DNA from: a virus
Taxonomy: Duplodnaviria; Caudoviricetes
Strand: one strand, 5' to 3'
Length of the DNA stretch: 62,215 nucleotides
Virus record (IMG/VR): IMGVR_UViG_3300037042_003397
Location: 1 to 62,215 of that record
Shown one piece after another: positions 28,270 to 39,100 of the stretch. Numbering within the stretch: the first letter of the stretch is position 1; each line of letters starts with the position of its first letter. Position numbers and translations under genes: made by a program. The notes below the pieces were generated by a model, which worked only from the letters and a program-made list of their open reading frames with translations, was not told the DNA's origin and did not search any database.

Positions 28270-31200
28270 ATGGCATTTGAAACTTTGGGATTGAACCTTA
28301 TCGTGCAGGGTGCTGCCACTTTTGCTAGAGATATCGGGTATGTCAATTCATCCATGATCCGATACTTGAATTCAATGAATCAGTATCAAAATAAGATTGT
28401 GCAGATCGCAACTAGAGAAAGTACGATAGCAGATAGAAGGGTTGCGTCCAGCCTGAGAATGTACGATCAGCTTTCTCGTGGTGCTCAGAAATATTATCAG
28501 ATGACCGTTGATATTGGCGGTAAACTGTACGCACAACAGACAAAGATAATCAATTCTTCCATTACAAAAGGAATACCATCTGCATCGCTCACTACCAGGG
28601 AGATAGATTTAAATAACAAGGTATTGGCGATTAGAGCAAAGATACTTGCAATACAGACAGCAGGTGGTGTTCCGGCTCAAAATATGCTGGATAGAGAAAA
28701 GCTGCTTACCGATAAACTTATCATTGTTAGAGAGAAAATTCTCAATGTAACCAGAGCGGCTAACGCTGCCAACAATACGTTGCTTTCGAGAGAAATTGAA
28801 CTAGCGAATAAACTGGTTATTACAAAGGCAAAGATAGCTTCACTTACTTCTGCCGGTAGAGCAATTCCAGCTACCTTGATAACAAAAGAAATTGCACAGA
28901 CCGCAGAACTTGTTGTTGTAAGAACTAAACTAGCGGCAATTGTCAAAGCTGGATCGATCGTAAATCAAACACTGCTGGATAGAGAGATAACTTTACAGAA
29001 TGCATTAAATAGTGCGACTTCTGGTCATACTGCAATTGTTAGTCAGCAAGCTGCTCAACTGGTAGATCTGACCAATAAGACAACAGAAGCTGCGAAGGCA
29101 CAAGCTAACCTGGTATCTGTTCAGAGCAGTCTAAAGAGTGTTGGCGATATTCTAAAATCTGTGCTTTCTGTGCTTTCTGGTGATTTTGGCACAAATGTAA
29201 TTTCAAGTACAGCCCTTGGAGCAGCATTAACAAAACTTGTTCCTCAGGCTGCTGCCCTCTCTTTTGTATTGGATATTGTCAAGATCTCAATTGATGCTGC
29301 TAACTTTGCGATCAAGTTATTTGTTGGTGCATTGAAACTTATATGGAACATAATCTCAACTACGATCACTTTTGTCTATAATCTTGTCAAAGCTATTGGC
29401 ACTTATCTTTGGAACGCAATCGTTAATATCGCTAAAGTGATCGGTAATGTTTTAGTGAGTGCGTTAAAGACTGCATTGGATTGGTTCAAGAAGATAGGCC
29501 AGGCTGTTCTTAATATTGCCACGCTCCCATTTCAGGCGATTATTGGTTTCTTTCAAAACTTAGGAACATCAATACAGAGGATAGTTGAATACACGATTGG
29601 GATGGGCTTTGACAGAATACTTTGGGGTGTTGGCGAGAAATTAAGATATGTTGCCAACATGGCGAAGGATGCTGGCATTTCATTTCAATTGCTTCAGATT
29701 AGACTTAGGGGTCTTATCCAGCGAGAAATGTCTGAGACAAAGGGTATTCCGTTTAATAAGTCTCTTGCCGAGGCAACAAGGAGAGCGAAAGAATTATCGT
29801 GGTGGATTTCTGAACTAGCCGTAAAATCTATATTCAACGCAGAGTCGATAGCTAGTTTGGTAAGTCTTGGCATGTCGTACGATATGACCGAGACTGAAGT
29901 AAAAACATTAACAACTTCAATTGTCAAGTTCGCAACACAGATGGGACTTGGCGATCAGGAGATGATCAGAATTATTGAAAATATGGGCCAGATGAAAGCG
30001 GTCGGAAAGATGACCGGGACAGAATTGAGGGATCTGGCAAGAGGCGCATTTGTTCCAATTAATCGAGTATTCAAAGTTATGGCAGAAATGCCGGAAGTTG
30101 CCAAATTTGGAGTTGCTCAATTCAAGGTATTGCCCGAATATGCAAAAAAATCTGCCAAGGAATTAATACTTTTGGAGAACTCTGGGAAAAAGGTATATGA
30201 AGCTCTTGGCAAAGCTGCTATCTCTTGGCAAGAGTTGAGAGAGATGGGTAGAACTGGTGATATCCCAGCAGAACTTTTCATGAAAGCATTTATCAAAATG
30301 ACGGAGAATGATTTTCCAAATGCCATCGAAGATGCTTCTGCGTCAATGACTGCGATAACAAGTAATATTGAAGATTTCATTCAAACTGTTATTGGATGGA
30401 GTGTCGTTACTCCGATCATTGATATTGTTTCAAAGAGAATGAAGAAGTTTACTGATATATTGGTTGGTAAACAATCAAGAAATCTGTTTGAGTCAATTGG
30501 ACTGAGTCTTGTAGTGATTGTTGAAAAGTTTTTTGCAATTAGTGATGCCGTAAGTCCTGATATGGGTGCTTTTTTCTTAAAGTGGTTAGGTCAAGTGGAA
30601 GCATTATTGAAATTTGTTGCGATTGCTTTCAAGAATTTAGCACCCGGAAACCTAAATCTAAGAGGACTTATCTATTACGTTGAACAAAATCAGGACACTC
30701 TTGGTGTATTCTTTGAACCACTTATCAAAGCACTTACTTGGATGAGCGAGAATGAAAATGTTGTCAATGCAATTCTTACTGATCCGATCAAGTGGATTAG
30801 AGAGAATGGTGTAAGGATCATTCAAGACTTAGCCGTAAAAGGATTTGAATTACTCAAAACTAAAGCTGGTGAAGCGTTTGCTCTGTTCAAAGGATTTGTT
30901 GATAAAAATGGGCCAGACTTTGTCAATTCGATAACAGATGGAGTCAAGGGTGCTCTCATTGGACTGCAAACTTTTATTCAAGAAAAGTTTGGTAAAGATA
31001 ATTATCTTTACTCATTTGTCGACACTGTTCAAAGCGCAATTGAGTATGTTCAAAGGTTATTCAATTTCTCTATAAGCAGTTCTGCGGGGAAAACTCCCGG
31101 AGAACCAATATTTGATCCAAATTCTGGCGTTCCTTCATTTCCAGATGCAGCACCTTCCAATGTTGGTCTTATTGCTTCTCTAATGGAACTTGAAGCTCAA

Positions 31201-32262
31201 TTAATAAAATTGAGAGACAAAGTTCTTGTAAGTGTTCAGGAGAAGTTTATCGAATTTAAGGATAAGGCGATAATAGAAATAACGAAACAATTTGAATTAT
31301 GGCGTATAGAATTAACAAAACTTACCGATGAGTATGGGCCAAAAGTTTATAAATGGTTATCAGATAATGTTCCATTATTTGAAAAACTTTCGGTTACAAC
31401 TGTAGAAATTGGCAAGTCGATTGAAATGATATCAATATCACTTACTAATTTATTAGAAGCTATAAAACCATTTGATACGATGAATGGAAAATCACCTCTA
31501 GTTAAAGTATTTGATATGATATTTGGTCCAGGAATTGATATGGCATCTGTTCAAATTAGAATTGCTTCTGCCTCAATAGGTAGCATGTTCAATGCTATAA
31601 CTGCATTTATAAACGCATTCAATTCAATGGTTCCTCTACAATCAAAATTTGGTGCTGATTTAATAAATCTTATCAAATTGATATTTTCCGGAGATAATAA
31701 AACATCATTTCTCGATATTATGAAGAAATTATTTGATCCTTCAGATCCATCTTCGGCAATTGGAATTACTATAATATTTTATAGAAAATTTGTAGATGAA
31801 ATATTAAGACTTACAAGTGAAATGAAAAGAGAACTTGTGGATCAATCTATAATTCCAAAAATGATGGAAGCGGTAAAAAATTCAATCAATGGAGTACTTG
31901 ATATTATTATTGCAGGATTACCAGCAAGAATAAATGCTATTATTGCTGAATTCCAAAGATTGTACGATGCACTTGTCGGTCATTCTATTGTGCCGGATAT
32001 GATGGCGGGTATTCAGGATTCAATTGTAAATACGTTGAACGATACAATAGATAAACTTCCTGCATTGGCAAAGTCAATGTCGAATCAGTTCAAGGATATG
32101 GGATTTAATGGAAAACCAAGATATCCATTTGCTTCTGCTCTATCGACTAACACATCAACCATATCTAACACGACTAATAATTACAACCTGAACGTAAACA
32201 GCACCCTAAGTTCTAATGATCTTTCAATGCAATATAATACGCTGAGGTCACTGGCCGTATGA
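28270..32262 (+). CDS. tape measure protein
   Basis: 1330 aa, helical; NMGQMKAVGKMTGTELRDL tape-measure motif; periodic aromatic repeats. Confidence 0.92.
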   Translation: MAFETLGLNLIVQGAATFARDIGYVNSSMIRYLNSMNQYQNKIVQIATRESTIADRRVASSLRMYDQLSRGAQKYYQMTVDIGGKLYAQQTKIINSSITKGIPSASLTTREIDLNNKVLAIRAKILAIQTAGGVPAQNMLDREKLLTDKLIIVREKILNVTRAANAANNTLLSREIELANKLVITKAKIASLTSAGRAIPATLITKEIAQTAELVVVRTKLAAIVKAGSIVNQTLLDREITLQNALNSATSGHTAIVSQQAAQLVDLTNKTTEAAKAQANLVSVQSSLKSVGDILKSVLSVLSGDFGTNVISSTALGAALTKLVPQAAALSFVLDIVKISIDAANFAIKLFVGALKLIWNIISTTITFVYNLVKAIGTYLWNAIVNIAKVIGNVLVSALKTALDWFKKIGQAVLNIATLPFQAIIGFFQNLGTSIQRIVEYTIGMGFDRILWGVGEKLRYVANMAKDAGISFQLLQIRLRGLIQREMSETKGIPFNKSLAEATRRAKELSWWISELAVKSIFNAESIASLVSLGMSYDMTETEVKTLTTSIVKFATQMGLGDQEMIRIIENMGQMKAVGKMTGTELRDLARGAFVPINRVFKVMAEMPEVAKFGVAQFKVLPEYAKKSAKELILLENSGKKVYEALGKAAISWQELREMGRTGDIPAELFMKAFIKMTENDFPNAIEDASASMTAITSNIEDFIQTVIGWSVVTPIIDIVSKRMKKFTDILVGKQSRNLFESIGLSLVVIVEKFFAISDAVSPDMGAFFLKWLGQVEALLKFVAIAFKNLAPGNLNLRGLIYYVEQNQDTLGVFFEPLIKALTWMSENENVVNAILTDPIKWIRENGVRIIQDLAVKGFELLKTKAGEAFALFKGFVDKNGPDFVNSITDGVKGALIGLQTFIQEKFGKDNYLYSFVDTVQSAIEYVQRLFNFSISSSAGKTPGEPIFDPNSGVPSFPDAAPSNVGLIASLMELEAQLIKLRDKVLVSVQEKFIEFKDKAIIEITKQFELWRIELTKLTDEYGPKVYKWLSDNVPLFEKLSVTTVEIGKSIEMISISLTNLLEAIKPFDTMNGKSPLVKVFDMIFGPGIDMASVQIRIASASIGSMFNAITAFINAFNSMVPLQSKFGADLINLIKLIFSGDNKTSFLDIMKKLFDPSDPSSAIGITIIFYRKFVDEILRLTSEMKRELVDQSIIPKMMEAVKNSINGVLDIIIAGLPARINAIIAEFQRLYDALVGHSIVPDMMAGIQDSIVNTLNDTIDKLPALAKSMSNQFKDMGFNGKPRYPFASALSTNTSTISNTTNNYNLNVNSTLSSNDLSMQYNTLRSLAV

Positions 32263-34835
32263 CAAAATACTTACTCCCACAGAATGATACCGGGTATCCT
32301 CTCGATAAATACGCTTTTGGTGATTTATCTATTGTTGTCCCAGAAGATAGTACAAACCTTATACAACAACCATCTTTTGAGCAGTATTACAATAGCTACT
32401 ATAACGTTCATTCAACAATAACTCAAAGTAGTGCTTATCAAAAGTTTGGAACCTACTCGTTGAAGGTTGCAACGGACAATACAGCAACTTATTATGCTGT
32501 TCAATTGGCCGTTAGTTTATCACTGGGTTCGATCTATACTTTTAGTGTCTATATAAGAGCACCATACAGATCAAATATTGCTATTTATGTAATAAGGGCA
32601 GAACCTACTGCCAATCCTCCTTTCTATACTCCATTTATCACTGTTTCAAAGAAATATATTGGTAATGGTGATTGGCAAAGAATTACATTCACGTTTGAAA
32701 GTAGTTTGTTGGATAGCAATCATTATCTTGGATTGAAGGTTGATAAGAAAACGAGTACGGATTGTTTCTACACGGATGCATGGCAGCTTGAGAATAAACC
32801 ATATGCAACCACTTACTTTGATGGTGATTCTAATGTTTACTTTCCAGAGTCCAGGATACAAAAATATTACTGGAATGGGATAAGAGGAAATTCATACAGT
32901 ATCAGAGTTCCTTCTACCAGAACTGGCGGAAAACAAATTTCATTGTTTGATCTTGGTTATATCACTGCGGTTAATAATCTTGGCGTGAAAAGTACGACGA
33001 TCATATCGGATACCTTGAATGATGGCACCGAGTATTATCAGGGAACGATGACTTCAAAGAGAGAGTTCTCGATAACGATGTCGATATACGGCAAGAATTA
33101 TGGAGAATTATCTGCAAGGAAAAAACTTTTGTATGATTATTTGGAAGCAGTCAAAGACATAAACAATGAAATTCCAGTATTAATCTATACGAAATATGAT
33201 GAATTTAAGCAGGGGGGAGTTGAAGCTGTTATTAGATCAATTTTTGTTACTGGTCTAGAAGGATCTGTTGATAATGAGTATGATGCAAAACTATCTCTTG
33301 TTTTTATGATGCCTAATCCTTATCTATACGAGATTGGAAATTCAAGTATTGATCTTGCGTATAGTCAGCAGTTGGTAACAAAGAGAATACTCAGACAAAA
33401 AGCGGATTATACATTTGATACGATGATCGGTGGTGCTGATAATCCTGTTTACAAGGTTATACAAACATCAGACGGAAAAGTGTGGGTATGTGGAACTTTT
33501 GCCCACATTGGCGGTCAGGATATAAAATGTCTTGCCTATTTTGATGGAACTCAATTTGTAAAAGCTGGAGCCTCTTATCCATGGGACGGATGGACTGTTC
33601 CAACCATATCTGCCATGGTGTGGGATTACGGTAATTATATTTACTTCGGATGCTCAATAGATGATGGTGGCGGAAATGAATATAGTCTTGGTAGGATAAA
33701 TTTATCAACTTATGCAATAGATTTATATATCAAGTTTACGGGTGCAGTTCCGTGGGTATCAGACCTGGCAATATTCGGCAACTATCTCTATATAGCAGGA
33801 ACGTTTGACGATGTTGGTGTTGCAAAAACTAAAGGATTGGCGAAGTTCGATCTAACTGCACAAACTTATTCAGCTGTTTGTGGTGGTATATATACCGGGT
33901 ATTATATCAACTCATTGTGTTTTGATAAATCTGGCCTTCTCTATATCACCGGTCGTTTTACGGTTTTAGAGAACAATGATGGTGCGCTAGTATCTGTTGC
34001 CAATTTTGGCATTCTTTCAGTCGACCGAACAATATGGAATCCAACCGTTGGAGAATTAAAAAGTGGTTATGGTTATGTTGTAAGATGCGATAGATATAAT
34101 AATATTTACGTAGGCGGGACATTCCTTGAAGTTACTTATTCATATGGAGGAACAGATGTTTTAAATACAAAAGCATTAGCATTATGGAATGGAACTTCAT
34201 TTTCTTCTGTTGGTATAGGACTGGAAGCATCTGCTGGAAGTTATAATCCCGTTGCAACTGTTCTTGATATTGAATTTAATCCTTATGGGCATATGTTTGT
34301 TGTTGGTTCTTTTGATACCGCTGGAGGAAGAAAAATTCCATACGCTGTTGCTGTATGGAACGGAAGTACGTGGTCTCCATATATTTTATCTTCAACCGAC
34401 ACTGTAAATATTACCAAAGTGTGTCAAGTTATCAATGGAGATATCTATTTTCTTTTTTCTGCGGATGATACATTTTATGCATCATCTTCAGAAATTAAAG
34501 ATGTTGATAGTATGACATATCCGGTAATTCAAATATTGGGGCCAGGTAATTTGTCTATAATTGTCAATAGAACAAATAAAAGATCTATACTGTTTAATGC
34601 CAATTTCTATATTTATGATGGCGAGATAATTACTATTTCTTTTTACCCTGGTGGAAATAGCATATCTTCTAGTAGTTTTAGAGACATGAGTGGTTTTATA
34701 TTATCTGGAAATACTTTCTTTTTGTCAAAGGGAGATAATGTTATCAACACTTATATTTATAGTGGAAGTACTGGAAGTACATTGGTGAAAATGTGGACAA
34801 TAAAAACGTTCCAAAGTCTTGATGGAGTCGGCTAA
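32259..34835 (+). CDS. distal tail/baseplate protein with carbohydrate-binding-like and beta-propeller inserts
   Basis: TNLIQQPSFE..DAWQLE..ATTYFDG; repeated YxxGxF and WNGxxW blades. Confidence 0.7.
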   Translation: MTKYLLPQNDTGYPLDKYAFGDLSIVVPEDSTNLIQQPSFEQYYNSYYNVHSTITQSSAYQKFGTYSLKVATDNTATYYAVQLAVSLSLGSIYTFSVYIRAPYRSNIAIYVIRAEPTANPPFYTPFITVSKKYIGNGDWQRITFTFESSLLDSNHYLGLKVDKKTSTDCFYTDAWQLENKPYATTYFDGDSNVYFPESRIQKYYWNGIRGNSYSIRVPSTRTGGKQISLFDLGYITAVNNLGVKSTTIISDTLNDGTEYYQGTMTSKREFSITMSIYGKNYGELSARKKLLYDYLEAVKDINNEIPVLIYTKYDEFKQGGVEAVIRSIFVTGLEGSVDNEYDAKLSLVFMMPNPYLYEIGNSSIDLAYSQQLVTKRILRQKADYTFDTMIGGADNPVYKVIQTSDGKVWVCGTFAHIGGQDIKCLAYFDGTQFVKAGASYPWDGWTVPTISAMVWDYGNYIYFGCSIDDGGGNEYSLGRINLSTYAIDLYIKFTGAVPWVSDLAIFGNYLYIAGTFDDVGVAKTKGLAKFDLTAQTYSAVCGGIYTGYYINSLCFDKSGLLYITGRFTVLENNDGALVSVANFGILSVDRTIWNPTVGELKSGYGYVVRCDRYNNIYVGGTFLEVTYSYGGTDVLNTKALALWNGTSFSSVGIGLEASAGSYNPVATVLDIEFNPYGHMFVVGSFDTAGGRKIPYAVAVWNGSTWSPYILSSTDTVNITKVCQVINGDIYFLFSADDTFYASSSEIKDVDSMTYPVIQILGPGNLSIIVNRTNKRSILFNANFYIYDGEIITISFYPGGNSISSSSFRDMSGFILSGNTFFLSKGDNVINTYIYSGSTGSTLVKMWTIKTFQSLDGVG

Positions 34836-35950
34836 TGGGATACACGGAAGTCTTATACTTTGATCCATACGGAAATCAAATCTTTACTATTAGCAATTGG
34901 CTCAAACTTGAGTATAACCGAGCAGAAAGTAACTTTGGTTCTCTTTACATTGATCTTCCAATCACTTATTCCATTGAAGATTTCAAGATAGATGGTACAT
35001 TTCAAGTCGTAAATTATGATGATTCTGGTCGTGGTGTTATTGATGGAGATACAGTTTGGTTCATCAGATTGATAAGGCAGAAAGTGGATGAACAGAATAA
35101 GAATACACTTCATATTTTAGCACATGATGCAGTAAGTATTCTCAATAGAAGAATAGTAGCTTATCACTCTGCAAGTGCTTTTGCCGGATCAACTGCATTG
35201 CCGGACGATATGATAAAGCTAATCGTTAGACAGAACTTTGGATCATTGGCTACTGACACGACAAGAGATATATCTTCATTTTTATTAGTTGATCCAGATT
35301 TTAACTTATGCACAACGTCATTGACCAAAACTTATCCATGGCAAAAAGTGTTACCACTTCTACAGGATATTTGTTCTGAGGCTAAGTTGAATGGAGAATA
35401 TCTTGCCTTTGATGTTGTAAAAGAAACAAACTCAACAGTTAGATTAAAAACATATGTCGGACAAAGAGGATCTAATCATGGATCAACATCTTCTCGACCA
35501 TTATTTTTCAATCTTGAAGGATCAACATTATCATACGCTTCTTATGCTCATGACTGGTCAGAAGAAATCAATTATGTTTATGCCGGTGGTCAAGGTGAAG
35601 CTGCTGCAAGGACAATAAAAACAGCCAGCGATTATCCAAGAATAGCAATATCTCCGTATAATAGAATTGAAGATTTTATTGATGCGAGAAATGATAGCAC
35701 AGATGATGGTGTTCAGGGTGAAGCTAGTTCCAGGTTGAGGGAAGGATTACCAAGGAAAGCAATGTCGGGTCATATCAGGCAAACACAGAGTATGATATTT
35801 GGCATTGATTATAAGTTTGGCGACATTGTTGTTGCTCAATATGGAAAGTACGAGAATGATGTTCACATCTCAAGTTACTCAGTTGTGTATCAAAATGGAA
35901 AAAGAGATGTGACAATGTACTCAAGAAATTTGGATGAAAGTGAGTATTGA
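34835..35950 (+). CDS. minor tail protein (siphovirus Gp37-like hub)
   Basis: VYAGGQGEAAAR, RIEDFIDAR, FGIDYKFGDIV motifs. Confidence 0.75.
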   Translation: MGYTEVLYFDPYGNQIFTISNWLKLEYNRAESNFGSLYIDLPITYSIEDFKIDGTFQVVNYDDSGRGVIDGDTVWFIRLIRQKVDEQNKNTLHILAHDAVSILNRRIVAYHSASAFAGSTALPDDMIKLIVRQNFGSLATDTTRDISSFLLVDPDFNLCTTSLTKTYPWQKVLPLLQDICSEAKLNGEYLAFDVVKETNSTVRLKTYVGQRGSNHGSTSSRPLFFNLEGSTLSYASYAHDWSEEINYVYAGGQGEAAARTIKTASDYPRIAISPYNRIEDFIDARNDSTDDGVQGEASSRLREGLPRKAMSGHIRQTQSMIFGIDYKFGDIVVAQYGKYENDVHISSYSVVYQNGKRDVTMYSRNLDESEY

Positions 35951-36657
35951 TGATAAGAGAAGATAATGTTCTCGTTGATGTTGTAAGAAAAATAGAACGT
36001 CTCAGAAAAGACGTTGATAAATTGTTTACCGTTGGAAGTACGGTTGCATCTACAGTTATGTCTACCGAAGGTCCTGGTATTGATATTGCTGGTCTTGCGG
36101 TTGGATTGAGTGGTGATACGATCCTGGTCTATCATGCCGATCTGTCTCCTGTGGATGAGTTTGCGGCTACCGGTGCTGGCCTTACGGCGGCTCTGGCAGC
36201 GGCCATCAATGGCGATATTGTTATCTTTCCGGCCGGTGTGTCGCTGAACGGCAACTTTGTTATTCCGGATGGAGTGACACTTCAAGGTCAAGGATGGAGC
36301 AACTCATCTATTAATGGGACGATTACACTTGGAACTAATAGCGTATTAAAAGATCTTAATGTGGGAAGTTTGGGAATGTCTGCGTCTCCTACCCATGCCA
36401 TCATCGGTCCTGCCAGCGGAGATGCCAGAGTGGAGAATGTGATTTCAACTGTTTTTAATTTTAGTACTGGAATAGCCGACTGTCTTTACATGCCGAATAA
36501 CTTTGGGACGGTCAGTTTGTATGGATGCAAGTTCGACTCAACTTCATACAGTGGAGTAGGAGTGGCAATCCGGATTGACGAAGGTATTGCTGGCGACGTG
36601 TACGTTTATTTTGGATCAGTTAAAGGGTCAAGCGGGAGGTTCAGTTACTACTTATGA
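35947..36657 (+). CDS. tail-associated protein, possible short beta-helix
   Basis: GDIVIFPAG..GVTLQGQG pectin-lyase-like start. Confidence 0.55.
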   Translation: MMIREDNVLVDVVRKIERLRKDVDKLFTVGSTVASTVMSTEGPGIDIAGLAVGLSGDTILVYHADLSPVDEFAATGAGLTAALAAAINGDIVIFPAGVSLNGNFVIPDGVTLQGQGWSNSSINGTITLGTNSVLKDLNVGSLGMSASPTHAIIGPASGDARVENVISTVFNFSTGIADCLYMPNNFGTVSLYGCKFDSTSYSGVGVAIRIDEGIAGDVYVYFGSVKGSSGRFSYYL

Positions 36658-37295
36658 CTCAACCTACGATTACATCAGTCAGCCCATCTCAGTGGACGAT
36701 TAATTCCAGCGACAAAATCATAACTGTCAATGGAACAGATTTTCTTCTATCCAGCGTGGTTAGTCTGGACGGTACTCCATTGACTACAACTTATGTCGGT
36801 CCGACGCAGGTAACTGCCGTCATTCCGGCAGCATTGATGCTGGCAGTTCATACTTACGACCTGACTGTGAGTGGTATAGCGCCAAGTGCGTATGGTGTTG
36901 TGACATTTACTTTTAATAGCAGAGGTGGGAGTGCAACGGATTCAGGATATAACACTGACTACATTCACTACGAAGAAGGGTACGATCCTGGATGGTCGAT
37001 ATGGGATGCAGAGATTGACGCTGGTTCATCTCTGACTTGGGACAAGTGGGTTGGTAATAGTGCTAACTATTGGCTATACAAAGATAGTGTAATTGTCAAG
37101 TCTGGTAACGAATGGGGCAATGTGAGTAATCTTCCAGCTTTTGATCAGATAAAAATTACTGGTGAGAATTTTAGCGCTGCATCTGTATGGTTTCACGTTC
37201 ATGGTGTTGCGCAAGTTATATCCATATCTGATCCGGTAGATTTTGACATTTATACACCAGGAAAAATATATACCTACGGAGTGGTGTTCCCATGA
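36654..37295 (+). CDS. IPT/TIG (Ig-like) domain tail protein
   Basis: PTITSVSPS..ITVNGTDF..TTYVGPTQVTAVIP. Confidence 0.75.
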   Translation: MTQPTITSVSPSQWTINSSDKIITVNGTDFLLSSVVSLDGTPLTTTYVGPTQVTAVIPAALMLAVHTYDLTVSGIAPSAYGVVTFTFNSRGGSATDSGYNTDYIHYEEGYDPGWSIWDAEIDAGSSLTWDKWVGNSANYWLYKDSVIVKSGNEWGNVSNLPAFDQIKITGENFSAASVWFHVHGVAQVISISDPVDFDIYTPGKIYTYGVVFP

Positions 37296-38116
37296 CAAGT
37301 CCAACGATTGGTGACGGTACTCCCTTAGCAGGAGACCGATCTGCTATAGACGCAACTGATTTTCCGTTATTACACACAAACGACACTGATGCGGCGCTCA
37401 CTGCTATTCATCATACTTTAGGTACTGGTGCAAATCAATCTGCTGCGGGTAATCACGGTCATGCGCTCCTGCATAATCCGGTGACACTCGATGCCAATGC
37501 AGACACTATTCTGAGTTTATCAACTCAAGCATTAGGACTTGACGTTCAAATGGCAAATAGGATATTTGCTGGCCCTGTAGACGATAGCAATGGAGATTGT
37601 CCACCAACCTTCAGGGCTCTTGTTCCAGACGATATTCCAACCCTTTCTCCTGAAATAATTGGCGATGGAGATGAGCAATATCAGACAATCATTACGGGTG
37701 CATCGCCATTCACACCAGAATATTCTGGTTTTCTACTGGACGGCACGACCGGTGGAAAGACTAAACTTTCTGTTACAAATCTTAAAACACTAGAACTTAT
37801 CAGCACGGATGATCGGACATTGACGGTTGCTGGTAATGCGTCTGTAAGCGGTACTAACACTGGCGACATATCATTGGCGGCATCTGCATCCGTATTAATG
37901 GATTTATCCGGGCAAGCGATTAGCCTGGACACGCAAACTGCCAACTATGCTCTGATGGGGCCAACCACTGGCGCAGCCGCAGCACCTACGTTTCGTGCGC
38001 TGGTGGCAGCCGATGTCATTCAGGCGGGGCTAAAAAGGTATGAAATCCTGCAAGATTCGGACGGGGCTATAATCCAGGATAGCAACAAATCCATTGTTTA
38101 TGCGGAGGTGACATAA
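37292..38116 (+). CDS. tail fibre-like protein with internal duplication
   Basis: two copies of LS.QA..LD.Q.AN....GP......PTFRALV..D. Confidence 0.7.
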   Translation: MTSPTIGDGTPLAGDRSAIDATDFPLLHTNDTDAALTAIHHTLGTGANQSAAGNHGHALLHNPVTLDANADTILSLSTQALGLDVQMANRIFAGPVDDSNGDCPPTFRALVPDDIPTLSPEIIGDGDEQYQTIITGASPFTPEYSGFLLDGTTGGKTKLSVTNLKTLELISTDDRTLTVAGNASVSGTNTGDISLAASASVLMDLSGQAISLDTQTANYALMGPTTGAAAAPTFRALVAADVIQAGLKRYEILQDSDGAIIQDSNKSIVYAEVT

Positions 38117-38745
38117 TGCCACTTATTGACAGCTCTGGCGTGGTAATCAACGCCGTGAAATTGACAGACCAATCGGGCGATCCTGCGGCACCTGCGGCAG
38201 GGCATCTGCTGTATACCAAGTCCGGCGGGGTATACAGCATTGACAGTTCATCCGCAATATCCGGCCCATTTGCGGCGGCTACCGCTGGGGGGACGCTGAA
38301 CGATTATATTTGTATACAGGATCAGAAAACGCAGGACACTCACGGGGGAACGTTCACTACGGGAGCATGGCGCACAAGAGACCTGAATACAGAGGTATCA
38401 GATACTGGGGGCCATGCCAGCGTTGCAAGTAATCAAATTACTCTTGCGGCCGGGACGTATACTTGCCGAATACTAGTCCCCGGTGTCAAAGTCAATGCGC
38501 ATAAAGCAAAATTATATAATATCACCGATGGGGCAGATGTATTATTGGGATTGAGTGGATTTTCTGATACAAACAGTATACAAAACTATTTTGCAACAAT
38601 TGTAGGTAAATTCGTAATAGCTGCGCCCAAAGTGTTAGAGGTACAACATAATTGTTCTAATACCAATGCGAATTATGGCTTTGGCAATGCCAGTGGTTTT
38701 GGTGTAGAAGTTTATACGACCGCTGAATTTTGGAAAATAGCATAG
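38116..38745 (+). CDS. tail fibre-like protein
   Basis: GGTFTTGAWRTRDLNT..ITLAAGTY beta-sandwich tip. Confidence 0.65.
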   Translation: MPLIDSSGVVINAVKLTDQSGDPAAPAAGHLLYTKSGGVYSIDSSSAISGPFAAATAGGTLNDYICIQDQKTQDTHGGTFTTGAWRTRDLNTEVSDTGGHASVASNQITLAAGTYTCRILVPGVKVNAHKAKLYNITDGADVLLGLSGFSDTNSIQNYFATIVGKFVIAAPKVLEVQHNCSNTNANYGFGNASGFGVEVYTTAEFWKIA

Positions 38746-38755
38746 CGAGGGATAC

Positions 38756-39100
38756 ATGACTGATTACGCATTGATGGTTTACAGATTGAGGCCAACGAGT
38801 GCCTACCATATCACCGGTGCTGCTGGTTATGCTGGCATCGGCGATTGGCGTGACACTGGCACAACGAAGCCGACCCAGGCCGAATGTGATGCGGAGTGGA
38901 TCGTCTACCAGGCCGAGCAAGCGACGGCGGTAACGAACAAAAATGCCATCCTGGCGCTGGCACAATCTGCGGTCGGTGTCCAGCTATCAGCATTGACGGC
39001 GGCGCAAATCAAGGCACTGACCGCCTGTATTTTGTATCATGTGGGCGGAGTGGATGCAAGCACGATGACCGTAAAACCGCTAACGGACTGGCTAAAATGA
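38756..39100 (+). CDS. tail fibre-associated protein (XkdW-like)
   Basis: W.D....KPTQAE pattern. Confidence 0.5.
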   Translation: MTDYALMVYRLRPTSAYHITGAAGYAGIGDWRDTGTTKPTQAECDAEWIVYQAEQATAVTNKNAILALAQSAVGVQLSALTAAQIKALTACILYHVGGVDASTMTVKPLTDWLK